From: Auanema rhodensis
Lineage: Eukaryota; Animalia; Nematoda
Direction: 5' to 3'
Assembly: GCA_964057225.1 (NCBI GenBank)
Contig: OZ059894.1
Coordinates: forward strand, 1,550,001-1,614,000
Length of the DNA stretch: 64,000 bases
The position numbers and the translations under genes are program-made. The first letter of the stretch is position 1; every line of letters starts with the position of its first letter. Below the pieces are notes generated by a model. It was not told the origin of the DNA, made no database searches, and was given only the letters and a program-made list of their open reading frames with translations. Positions 1-12,636 of the stretch are shown one piece after another.

Positions 1-101
1 ATTTAGCAGAAAGTAGATGTTTTTAGATTCCTTTTTTTAAGGCAAAGACGATGGACAATGTTATTCAACGAAAAAATTAATTCTTCAGGGTGAAAATCGA
101 G

Positions 102-123
102 GATATAAGTGTGAACTTATATC
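102..123. repeat. Inverted repeat 1 of the monomer: GATATAAGT-gtga-ACTTATATC
   Basis: Perfect 9-bp arms with a 4-nt loop. It overlaps a second dyad, ATATCA-gt-TGATAT (119-132). Confidence 0.9.
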
Positions 124-140
124 AGTTGATATCTCGGTGC

Positions 141-191
141 ATTTTTAAGCTAGCGCAAATCTGATAACACAGATCGACGCAGCTTGAAAAT
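141..191. repeat. Inverted repeat 2 of the monomer: 51-nt interrupted hairpin
   Basis: ATTTTTAAGCT (141-151) pairs with AGCTT[A/G]AAAAT (181-191), GCG (153-155) with CGC (178-180), and ATCTG (159-163) with CAGAT (170-174), leaving a 6-nt loop. Confidence 0.9.
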
Positions 192-274
192 CCGCATCGA
201 ATGCACTATACTACATTGAGAAACGCTTAATACAAAAATTAGTTATGATCGTTTGAAAAATGATGCATTAGTGT

Positions 275-302
275 ATGTTGAGTTTCCATGTACACTCAAC
301 AT
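275..302. repeat. Inverted repeat 3 of the monomer: ATGTTGAGT-10 nt-ACTCAACAT
   Basis: Perfect 9-bp arms, extended to 10 bp in AACATAG variants. An alternative pairing is AGTGTA (270-275) with TACACT (291-296). Confidence 0.9.
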
Positions 303-3300
303 TGCTTCCAAAAAAATTTTGACAAAAATTTTTTCGAAAAATTTCAAATCAATTTAGCAGAAAATATATGTTTTTAGATTTCTTTTTTCGAGGCAAAGAC
401 GATGGACAATGTTATTCAACGAAAAAATTAATTCTTCAGGGTGAAAATCGAGGATATAAGTGTGAATTTATATCAGTTGATATCTCGGTGCATTTTTAAG
501 CTAGCGCAAATCTGATAACACAGATCGACGCAGCTTGAAAATCCGCATTGAATGCACTATACTACATTGAGGAACGCTTAATACAAAAATTAGTTATGAT
601 CGTTTGAAAAATGATGCATTAGTGTATGTTGAGTTTCCATGTACACTCAACATTGCTTCCAAAAACATTTTGACAAAAATTTTTTCAAAAAATTTCGATA
701 TAATTTAGCAAAAAGTAGATGTTTTTAGATTCCTTTTTTCAAGGCGAAGACGATGGACAATGTTATTCAACGAAAAAATTAATTCTTCAGGGTGAAAATC
801 GAGGATATAAGTGTGAACTTATATCAGTTGATATCTCGGTGCATTTTTAAACTAGCGCAAATCTGATAACACAGATCGACGCAGCTTAAAAATCCGCATC
901 GAATGCACTATACTACATTGAGAAACGCTTAATACAAAAATTAGTTATGATCGTTTGAAAAATGATGCATTAGTGTATGTTGAGTTTCCATGTACACTCA
1001 ACATTGCTTCCAAAAACATTTTGACAAAAATTTTTTCAAAAAATTTCAAAATAATTTAGCAAAAAGTAGATGTTTTTAGATTCCTTTTTTCAAGGCAAAG
1101 ACGATCGACAATGTTTTTCAACGAAAAAATTAATTCTTCAGGGTGAAAATCGAGGATATAAGTGTGAACTTATATCAGTTGATATCTCGGTGCATTTTCA
1201 AGCTAGCGCAAATCTGATAACACAGATCGACGCAGCTTAAAAATCCGCATCGAATGCACTATACTACATTGAGAAACGCTTAATACAAAAATTAGTTATG
1301 ATCGTTTGAAAAATGATGCATTAGTGTATGTTGAGTTTCCATGTACACTCAACATTGCTTCCAAAAACATTTTGACAAAAATTTTTTCAAAAAATTTCAA
1401 AATAATTTAGCAAAAAGTAGATGTTTTTAGATTCCTTTTTTCAAGGCAAAGACGATGGACAATGTTATTCAACGAAAAAATTAATTCTTCAGGGTGAAAA
1501 TCGAGGATATAAGTGTGAACTTATATCAGTTGATATCTCGGTGCATTTTTAAGCTAGCGCAAATCTGATAACACAGATCGACGCAGCTTAAAAATCCGCA
1601 TCGAATGCACTATACTACATTGAGAAACGCTTAATACAAAAATTAGTTATGATCGTTTGAAAAATGATGCATTAGTGTATGTTGAGTTTCCATGTACACT
1701 CAACATTGCTTCCAAAAACATTTTGACAAAAATTTTTTCAAAAAATTTCAAAATAATTTAGCAAAAAGTAGATGTTTTTAGATTCCTTTTTTCAAGGCAA
1801 AGACGATCGACAATGTTTTTCAACGAAAAAATTAATTCTTCAGGGTGAAAATCGAGGATATAAGTGTGAACTTATATCAGTTGATATCTCGGTGCATTTT
1901 CAAGCTAGCGCAAATCTGATAACACAGATCGACGCAGCTTAAAAATCCGCATCGAATGCACTATACTACATTGAGAAACGCTTAATACAAAAATTAGTTA
2001 TGATCGTTTGAAAAATGATGCATTAGTGTATGTTGAGTTTCCATGTACACTCAACATTGCTTCCAAAAACATTTTGACAAAAATTTTTTCAAAAAATTTC
2101 AAAATAATTTAGCAAAAAGTAGATGTTTTTAGATTCCTTTTTTCAAGGCAAAGACGATGGACAATGTTATTCAACGAAAAAATTAATTCTTCAGGGTGAA
2201 AATCGAGGATATAAGTGTGAACTTATATCAGTTGATATCTCGGTGCATTTTTAAGCTAGCGCAAATCTGATAACACAGATCGACGCAGCTTAAAAATCCG
2301 CACCGAATGCACTATATTACATTGAGAAACGCTTAATACAAAAATTAGTTATGATCGTTTGAAAAATGATGCATTAGTGTATGTTGAGTTTCCATGTACA
2401 CTCAACATTGCTTCCAAAAACATTTTGACAAAAATTTTTTCAAAAAATTTGAAAATAATTTAGCAAAAAGTAGATGTTTTTAGATTCCTTTTTTCAAGGC
2501 AAAGACGATGGACAATGTTATTCAACGAAAAAATTAATTCTTCAGGGTGAAAATCGAGGATATAAGTGTGAACATATATCAGTTGATATCTCGGTGCATT
2601 TTTAAGCTAGCGCAAATCTGATAACACAGATCGACGCAGCTTAAAAATCCGCATCGAATGCACTACACTACATTGAGAAACGCTTAATACAAAAATTAGT
2701 TATGATCGTTTGAAAAATGATGCATTAGTGTATGTTGAGTTTCCATGTACACTCAACATTGCTTCCAAAAACATTTTGACAAAACTTTTTTCGAAAAATT
2801 TCAAAATAATTTAGCAAAAAGTAGATGTTTTTAGATTCCTTTTTTCAAGGCAAAGACGATGGACAATGTTATTCAACGAAAAAATTAATTCTTCAGGGTG
2901 AAAATCGAGGATATAAGTGTGAACATATATCAGTTGATATCTCGGTGCATTTTTAAGCTAGCGCAAATCTGATAACACAGATCGACGCAGCTTAAAAATC
3001 CGCATCGAATGCACTACACTACATTGAGAAACGCTTAATACAAAAATTAGTTATGATCGTTTGAAAAATGATGCATTAGTGTATGTTGAGTTTCCATGTA
3101 CACTCAACATTGCTTCCAAAAACATTTTGACAAAACTTTTTTCGAAAAATTTCAAAATAATTTAGCAAAAAGTAGATGTTTTTAGATTCCTTTTTTCAAG
3201 GCAAAGACGATGGACAATGTTATTCAACGAAAAAATTAATTCTTCAGGGTGAAAATCGAGGATATAAGTGTGAACTTATATCAGTTGATATCTCGGTGCA

Positions 3301-4212
3301 TTTTTAAGCTAGCGCAAATCTGATAACACAGATCGACGCAGCTTAAAAATCCGCATCGAATGCACTACACTACATTGAGAAACGCTTAATACAAAAATTA
3401 GTTATGATCGTTTGAAAAATGATGCATTAGTGTATGTTGAGTTTCCATGTACACTCAACATTGCTTCCAAAAACATTTTGACAAAACTTTTTTCGAAAAA
3501 TTTCAAAATAATTTAGCAAAAAGTAGATGTTTTTAGATTCCTTTTTTCAAGGCAAAGACGATGGACAATGTTATTCAACGAAAAAATTAATTCTTCAGGG
3601 TGAAAATCGAGGATATAAGTGTGAACATATATCAGTTGATATCTCGGTGCATTTTTAAGCTAGCGCAAATCTGATAACACAGATCGACGCAGCTTAAAAA
3701 TCCGCATCGAATGCACTACACTACATTGAGAAACGCTTAATACAAAAATTAGTTATGATCGTTTGAAAAATGATGCATTAGTGTATGTTGAGTTTCCATG
3801 TACACTCAACATTGCTTCCAAAAACATTTTGACAAAACTTTTTTCGAAAAATTTCAAAATAATTTAGCAAAAAGTAGATGTTTTTAGATTCCTTTTTTCA
3901 AGGCAAAGACGATGGACAATGTTATTCAACGAAAAAATTAATTCTTCAGGGTGAAAATCGAGGATATAAGTGTGAACTTATATCAGTTGATATCTCGGTG
4001 CATTTTTAAGCTAGCGCAAATCTGATAACACAGATCGACGCAGCTTAAAAATCCGCATCGAATGCACTATACTACATTGAGAAACGCTTAATACAAAAAT
4101 TAGTTATGATCGTTTGAAAAATGATGCATTAGTGTATGTTGAGTTTCCATGTACACTCAACATTGCTTCCAAAAACATTTTGACAAAAATTTTTTCGAAA
4201 AATTTCAAAATA

Positions 4213-7200
4213 ATTTAGCAAAAAGTAGATGTTTTTAAATTCCTTTTTTCAAGGCAAAGACGATGAACAATGTTTTTCAACGAAAAAATTAATTCTTCAG
4301 GGTGAAAATCGAGGATATAAGTGTGAACTTATATCAGTTGATATCTCGGTGCATTTTTAAGCTAGCGCAAATCTGATAACACGGATCGACGCAGCTTAAA
4401 AATCCGCATCGAATGCACTATACTACATTGAGAAACGCTTAATACAAAAATTAATTATGATCGTTTGAAAAATGATGCATTAGTGTATGTTGAGTTTCCA
4501 TGTACACTCAACATTGCTTCCAAAAACATTTTGACAAAAATTTTTTCGAAAAATTTCAAAATAATTTAGCAAAAAGTAGATGTTTTTAGATTCCTTTTTT
4601 CAAGGCAAAGACGATGGACAATGTTTTTCAACGAAAAAATTAATTCTTCAGGGTGAAAATCGAGGATATAAGTGTGAACTTATATCAGTTGATATCTCGG
4701 TGCATTTTTAAGCTAGCGCAAATCTGATAACACAGATCGACGCAGCTTAAAAATCCGCATTGAATGCACTATACTACATTGAGAAACGCTTTATACAAAA
4801 ATTAGTTATGATCGTTTGAAAAATGATGCATTAGTGTATGTTGAGTTTCCATGTACACTCAACATTGCTTCCAAAAACATTTTGACAAAAATTTTTTCAA
4901 AAAATTTCAGAATAATTTAGCAAAAAGTAGATGTTTTTAGATTCCTTTTTCCAAGGCAAAGACGATGGACAATGTTATTCATCGAAAAAATTAATTCTTC
5001 AGGGTGAAAATCGAGGATATAAGTGTGAACTTATATCAGTTGATATCTCGGTGCATTTTTAAGCTAGCGCAAATCTGATACCACAGATCGACGCAGCTTA
5101 AAAATCCGCATCGAATGCACTATACTACATTGAGAAACGCTTAATACAAAAATTAGTTATGATCGTTTGAAAAATGATGCATTAGTGTATGTTGAGTTTC
5201 CATGTACACTCAACATTGCTTCCAAAAACATTTTGACAAAAATTTTTTCAAAAAATTTCAAAATAATTTAGCAAAAAGTAGATGTTTTTAGATTCCTTTT
5301 TTCAAGGCAAAGACGATGGACAATGTTATTCAACGAAAAAATTAATTCTTCAGGGTGAAAATCGAGGATATAAGTGTGAACTTATATCAGTTGATATCTC
5401 GGTGCATTTTTAAGCTAGCGCAAATCTGATAACACAGATCGACGCAGCTTAAAAATCCGCATCGAATGCACTACACTACATTGAGAAACGCTTAATACAA
5501 AAATTAGTTATGATCGTTTGAAAAATGATGCATTAGTGTATGTTGAGTTTCCATGTACACTCAACATTGCTTCCAAAAACATTTTGACAAAACTTTTTTC
5601 GAAAAATTTCAAAATAATTTAGCAAAAAGTAGATGTTTTTAGATTCCTTTTTTCAAGGCAAAGACGATGGACAATGTTATTCAACGAAAAAATTAATTCT
5701 TCAGGGTGAAAATCGAGGATATAAGTGTGAACTTATATCAGTTGATATCTCGGTGCATTTTTAAGCTAGCGCAAATCTGATAACACAGATCGACGCAGCT
5801 TAAAAATCCGCATCGAATGCACTATACTACATTGAGAAACGCTTAATACAAAAATTAGTTATGATCGTTTGAAAAATGATGCATTAGTGTATGTTGAGTT
5901 TCCATGTACACTCAACATTGCTTCCAAAAACATTTTGACAAAAATTTTTTCGAAAAATTTCAAAATAATTTAGCAAAAAGTAGATGTTTTTAAATTCCTT
6001 TTTTCAAGGCAAAGACGATGGACAATGTTTTTCAACGAAAAAATTAATTCTTCAGGGTGAAAATCGAGGATATAAGTGTGAACTTATATCAGTTGATATC
6101 TCGGTGCATTTTTAAGCTAGCGCAAATCTGATAACACGGATCGACGCAGCTTAAAAATCCGCATCGAATGCACTATACTACATTGAGAAACGCTTAATAC
6201 AAAAATTAATTATGATCGTTTGAAAAATGATGCATTAGTGTATGTTGAGTTTCCATGTACACTCAACATTGCTTCCAAAAACATTTTGACAAAAATTTTT
6301 TCGAAAAATTTCAAAATAATTTAGCAAAAAGTAGATGTTTTTAGATTCCTTTTTTCAAGGCAAAGACGATGGACAATGTTATTCAACGAAAAAATTAATT
6401 CTTCAGGGTGAAAATCGAGGATATAAGTGTGAACTTATATCAGTTGATATCTCGGTGCATTTTTAAGCTAGCGCAAATCTGATAACACAGATCGACGCAG
6501 CTTAAAAATCCGCATCGAATGCACTATACTACATTGAGAAACGCTTAATACAAAAATTAGTTATGATCGTTTGAAAAATGATGCATTAGTGTATGTTGAG
6601 TTTCCATGTACACTCAACATTGCTTCCAAAAACATTTTGACAAAACTTTTTTCGAAAAATTTCAAAATAATTTAGCAAAAAGTAGATGTTTTTAGATTCC
6701 TTTTTTCAAGGCAAAGACGATGGACAATGTTATTCAACGAAAAAATTAATTCTTCAGGGTGAAAATCGAGGATATAAGTGTGAACTTATATCAGTTGATA
6801 TCTCGGTGCATTTTTAAGCTAGCGCAAATCTGATAACACAGATCGACGCAGCTTAAAAATCCGCATCGAATGCACTATACTACATTGAGAAACGCTTAAT
6901 ACAAAAATTAGTTATGATCGTTTGAAAAATGATGCATTAGTGTATGTTGAGTTTCCATGTACACTCAACATTGCTTCCAAAAACATTTTGACAAAAATTT
7001 TTTCGAAAAATTTCAAAATAATTTAGCAAAAAGTAGATGTTTTTAAATTCCTTTTTTCAAGGCAAAGACGATGGACAATGTTTTTCAACGAAAAAATTAA
7101 TTCTTCAGGGTGAAAATCGAGGATATAAGTGTGAACTTATATCAGTTGATATCTCGGTGCATTTTTAAGCTAGCGCAAATCTGATAACACGGATCGACGC

Positions 7201-10200
7201 AGCTTAAAAATCCGCATCGAATGCACTATACTACATTGAGAAACGCTTAATACAAAAATTAATTATGATCGTTTGAAAAATGATGCATTAGTGTATGTTG
7301 AGTTTCCATGTACACTCAACATTGCTTCCAAAAACATTTTGACAAAAATTTTTTCGAAAAATTTCAAAATAATTTAGCAAAAAGTAGATGTTTTTAGATT
7401 CCTTTTTTCAAGGCGAAGACGATGGACAATGTTTTTCAACGAAAAAATTAATTCTTCAGGGTGAAAATCGAGGATATAAGTGTGAACTTATATCAGTTGA
7501 TATCTCGGTGCATTTTTAAGCTAGCGCAAATCTGATAACACAGATCGACGCAGCTTAAAAATCCGCATTGAATGCACTATACTACATTGAGAAACGCTTT
7601 ATACAAAAATTAGTTATGATCGTTTGAAAAATGATGCATTAGTGTATGTTGAGTTTCCATGTACACTCAACATTGCTTCCAAAAACATTTTGACAAAAAT
7701 TTTTTCAAAAAATTTCAGAATAATTTAGCAAAAAGTAGATGTTTTTAGATTCCTTTTTCCAAGGCAAAGACGATGGACAATGTTATTCATCGAAAAAATT
7801 AATTCTTCAGGGTGAAAATCGAGGATATAAGTGTGAACTTATATCAGTTGATATCTCGGTGCATTTTAAAGCTAGCGCAAATCTGATACCACAGATCGAC
7901 GCAGCTTAAAAATCCGCATCGAATGCACTATACTACATTGAGAAACGCTTAATACAAAAATTAGTTATGATCGTTTGAAAAATGATGCATTAGTGTATGT
8001 TGAGTTTCCATGTACACTCAACATTGCTTCCAAAAACATTTTGACAAAACTTTTTTCGAAAAATTTCAAAATAATTTAGCAAAAAGTAGATGTTTTTAGA
8101 TTCCTTTTTTCAAGGCAAAGACGATGGACAATGTTATTCAACGAAAAAATTAATTCTTCAGGGTGAAAATCGAGGATATAAGTGTGAACATATATCAGTT
8201 GATATCTCGGTGCATTTTTAAGCTAGCGCAAATCTGATAACACAGATCGACGCAGCTTAAAAATCCGCATCGAATGCACTACACTACATTGAGAAACGCT
8301 TAATACAAAAATTAGTTATGATCGTTTGAAAAATGATGCATTAGTGTATGTTGAGTTTCCATGTACACTCAACATTGCTTCCAAAAACATTTTGACAAAA
8401 ATTTTTTCGAAAAATTTCAAAATAATTTAGCAAAAAGTAGATGTTTTTAAATTCCTTTTTTCAAGGCAAAGACGATGGACAATGTTTTTCAACGAAAAAA
8501 TTAATTCTTCAGGGTGAAAATCGAGGATATAAGTGTGAACTTATATCAGTTGATATCTCGGTGCATTTTTAAGCTAGCGCAAATCTGATAACACGGATCG
8601 ACGCAGCTTAAAAATCCGCATCGAATGCACTATACTACATTGAGAAACGCTTAATACAAAAATTAATTATGATCGTTTGAAAAATGATGCATTAGTGTAT
8701 GTTGAGTTTCCATGTACACTCAACATTGCTTCCAAAAACATTTTGACAAAAATTTTTTCGAAAAATTTCAAAATAATTTAGCAAAAAGTAGATGTTTTTA
8801 GATTCCTTTTTTCAAGGCGAAGACGATGGACAATGTTTTTCAACGAAAAAATTAATTCTTCAGGGTGAAAATCGAGGATATAAGTGTGAACTTATATCAG
8901 TTGATATCTCGGTGCATTTTTAAGCTAGCGCAAATCTGATAACACAGATCGACGCAGCTTAAAAATCCGCATTGAATGCACTATACTACATTGAGAAACG
9001 CTTTATACAAAAATTAGTTATGATCGTTTGAAAAATGATGCATTAGTGTATGTTGAGTTTCCATGTACACTCAACATTGCTTCCAAAAACATTTTGACAA
9101 AAATTTTTTCAAAAAATTTCAGAATAATTTAGCAAAAAGTAGATGTTTTTAGATTCCTTTTTCCAAGGCAAAGACGATGGACAATGTTATTCATCGAAAA
9201 AATTAATTCTTCAGGGTGAAAATCGAGGATATAAGTGTGAACTTATATCAGTTGATATCTCGGTGCATTTTTAAGCTAGCGCAAATCTGATACCACAGAT
9301 CGACGCAGCTTAAAAATCCGCATCGAATGCACTATACTACATTGAGAAACGCTTAATACAAAAATTAGTTATGATCGTTTGAAAAATGATGCATTAGTGT
9401 ATGTTGAGTTTCCATGTACACTCAACATTGCTTCCAAAAACATTTTGACAAAAATGTTTTCGGAAAATTTCAAAATAATTTAGCAAAAAGTAGATGTTTT
9501 TAGATTCCTTTTTTCAAGGCAAAGACGATGGACAATGTTATTCAACGAAAAAATTAATTCTTCAGGGTGAAAATCGAGGATATAAGTGTGAACTTATATC
9601 AGTTGATATCTCGGTGCATTTTTAAGCTAGCGCAAATCTGATAACACAGATCGACGCAGCTTAAAAATCCGCATCGAATGCACTATACTACATTGAGAAA
9701 CGCTTAATACAAAAATTAGTTATGATCGTTTGAAAAATGATGCATTAGTGTATGTTGAGTTTCCATGTACACTCAACATTGCTTCCAAAAACATTTTGAC
9801 AAAAATTTTTTCGAAAAATTTCAAAATAATTTAGCAAAAAGTAGATGTTTTTAGATTCCTTTTTTCAAGGCAAAGACGATGGACAATGTTATTCAACGAA
9901 AAAATTAATTCTTCAGGGTGAAAATCGAGGATATAAGTGTGAACTTATATCAGTTGATATCTCGGTGCATTTTTAAGCTAGCGCAAATCTGATAACACAG
10001 ATCGACGCAGCTTAAAAATCCGCATCGAATGCACTATACTACATTGAGAAACGCTTAATACAAAAATTAGTTATGATCGTTTGAAAAATGATGCATTAGT
10101 GTATGTTGAGTTTCCATGTACACTCAACATTGCTTCCAAAAACATTTTGACAAAAATGTTTTCGGAAAATTTCAAAATAATTTAGCAAAAAGTAGATGTT

Positions 10201-12636
10201 TTTAGATTCCTTTTTTCAAGGCAAAGACGATGGACAATGTTATTCAACGAAAAAATTAATTCTTCAGGGTGAAAATCGAGGATATAAGTGTGAACTTATA
10301 TCAGTTGATATCTCGGTGCATTTTTAAGCTAGCGCAAATCTGATAACACAGATCGACGCAGCTTAAAAATCCGCATCGAATGCACTATACTACATTGAGA
10401 AACGCTTAATACAAAAATTAGTTATGATCGTTTGAAAAATGATGCATTAGTGTATGTTGAGTTTCCATGTACACTCAACATTGCTTCCAAAAACATTTTG
10501 ACAAAAATTTTTTCGAAAAATTTCAAAATAATTTAGCAAAAAGTAGATGTTTTTAGATTCCTTTTTTCAAGGCAAAGACGATGGACAATGTTATTCAACG
10601 AAAAAATTAATTCTTCAGGGTGAAAATCGAGGATATAAGTGTGAACTTATATCAGTTGATATCTCGGTGCATTTTTAAGCTAGCGCAAATCTGATAACAC
10701 AGATCGACGCAGCTTAAAAATCCGCATCGAATGCACTATACTACATTGAGAAACGCTTAATACAAAAATTAGTTATGATCGTTTGAAAAATGATGCATTA
10801 GTGTATGTTGAGTTTCCATGTACACTCAACATTGCTTCCAAAAACATTTTGACAAAACTTTTTTCGAAAAATTTCAAAATAATTTAGCAAAAAGTAGATG
10901 TTTTTAGATTCCTTTTTTCAAGGCAAAGACGATGGACAATGTTATTCAACGAAAAAATTAATTCTTCAGGGTGAAAATCGAGGATATAAGTGTGAACTTA
11001 TATCAGTTGATATCTCGGTGCATTTTTAAGCTAGCGCAAATCTGATAACACAGATCGACGCAGCTTAAAAATCCGCATCGAATGCACTACATTACATTGA
11101 GAAACGCTTAATACAAAAATTAGTTATGATCGTTTGAAAAATGATGCATTAGTGTATGTTGAGTTTCCATGTACACTCAACATTGCTTCCAAAAACATTT
11201 TGACGAAAATTTTTTCAAAAAATTTCGATATAATTTAGCAAAAAGTAGATGTTTTTAGATTCCTTTTTTCAAGGCGAAGACGATGGACAATGTTATTCAA
11301 CGAAAAAATTAATTCTTCAGGGTGAAAATCGAGGATATAAGTGTGAACTTATATCAGTTGATATCTCGGTGCATTTTTAAGCTAGCGCAAATCTGATAAC
11401 ACAGATCGACGCAGCTTAAAAATCCGCATCGAATGCACTATACTACATTGAGAAACGCTTAATACAAAAATTAGTTATGATCGTTTGAAAAATGATGCAT
11501 TAGTGTATGTTGAGTTTCCATGTACACTCAACATTGCTTCCAAAAACATTTTGACAAAAATTTTTTCGAAAAATTTCAAAATAATTTAGCAAAAAGTAGA
11601 TGTTTTTAAATTCCTTTTTTCAAGGCAAAGACGATGGACAATGTTTTTCAACGAAAAAATTAATTCTTCAGGGTGAAAATCGAGGATATAAGTGTGAACT
11701 TATATCAGTTGATATCTCGGTGCATTTTTAAGCTAGCGCAAATCTGATAACACGGATCGACGCAGCTTAAAAATCCGCATCGAATGCACTATACTACATT
11801 GAGAAACGCTTAATACAAAAATTAATTATGATCGTTTGAAAAATGATGCATTAGTGTATGTTGAGTTTCCATGTACACTCAACATTGCTTCCAAAAACAT
11901 TTTGACAAAAATTTTTTCGAAAAATTTCAAAATAATTTAGCAAAAAGTAGATGTTTTTAGATTCCTTTTTTCAAGGCAAAGACGATGGACAATGTTTTTC
12001 AACGAAAAAATTAATTCTTCAGGGTGAAAATCGAGGATATAAGTGTGAACTTATATCAGTTGATATCTCGGTGCATTTTTAAGCTAGCGCAAATCTGATA
12101 ACACAGATCGACGCAGCTTAAAAATCCGCATTGAATGCACTATACCACATTGAGAAACGCTTTATACAAAAATTAGTTATGATCGTTTAAAAAATGATGC
12201 ATTAGTGTATGTTGAGTTTCCATGTACACTCAACATTGCTTCCAAAAACATTTTGACAAAAATTTTTTCAAAAAATTTCAAAATAATTTAGCAAAAAGTA
12301 GATGTTTTTAGATTCCTTTTTCCAAGGCAAAGACGATGGACAATGTTATTCATCGAAAAAATTAATTCTTCAGGGTGAAAATCGAGGATATAAGTGTGAA
12401 CTTATATCAGTTGATATCTCGGTGCATTTTTAAGCTAGCGCAAATCTGATACCACAGATCGACGCAGCTTAAAAATCCGCATCGAATGCACTATACTACA
12501 TTGAGAAACGCTTAATACAAAAATTAGTTATGATCGTTTGAAAAATGATGCATTAGTGTATGTTGAGTTTCCATGTACACTCAACATTGCTTCCAAAAAC
12601 ATTTTGACAAAAATTTTTTCAAAAAATTTCAAAATA
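4213..12636. repeat. Dispersed 3-monomer cassette with complete copies at 4213-5265, 7021-8073, 8425-9477 and 11584-12636
   Basis: Ordered markers: [TTTAAATTCC + CACGGATC + ATTAATTATG], then [GCATTGAATG + CTTTATAC], then [TTTTCCAAGG + TTCATCG + GATACCAC]. The A171G marker is at 4383, 6138, 7191, 8595, 11754, 14562 and 16669. Confidence 0.85.

Larger units (their letters stand above)
1..351 (+). repeat. Representative 351-bp monomer (arbitrary phase)
   Basis: Hand count gives 111 G+C in 351 bases. It carries EcoRV GATATC (128-133), NheI GCTAGC (149-154), NsiI ATGCAT (263-268) and BsrGI TGTACA (289-294), plus an A/T-tract-rich segment from ~310 into the next copy. Confidence 0.97.

Noticed and set aside
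30-100. Hammerhead ribozyme on the minus strand (CTGAAGA = complement of 82-88, with GAAA downstream); hammerheads are known from some animal satellites
   Set aside because: I could not build stems I and II around the core boxes. An Infernal search with Rfam hammerhead models on a dimer would settle it.
161-190. Hammerhead-like CTGATAA...GAAA on the plus strand
   Set aside because: The core lacks G8 (CTGANGA is required), there is no stem II, and GAAA exists only in G186 copies.
1-351. Tandem RNA gene (5S rRNA, tRNA, SL RNA or snRNA)
   Set aside because: I recognised no 5S sequence, tRNA cloverleaf or spliced-leader motif.
1-351. Assignment to a named ~350-bp satellite family (e.g. beetle satellites or Drosophila 1.688)
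   Set aside because: Only size and AT content are similar. I cannot verify sequence identity without a search.
1-351. Monomer as a diverged dimer of ~175-bp halves
   Set aside because: No evident similarity between the two halves by eye.
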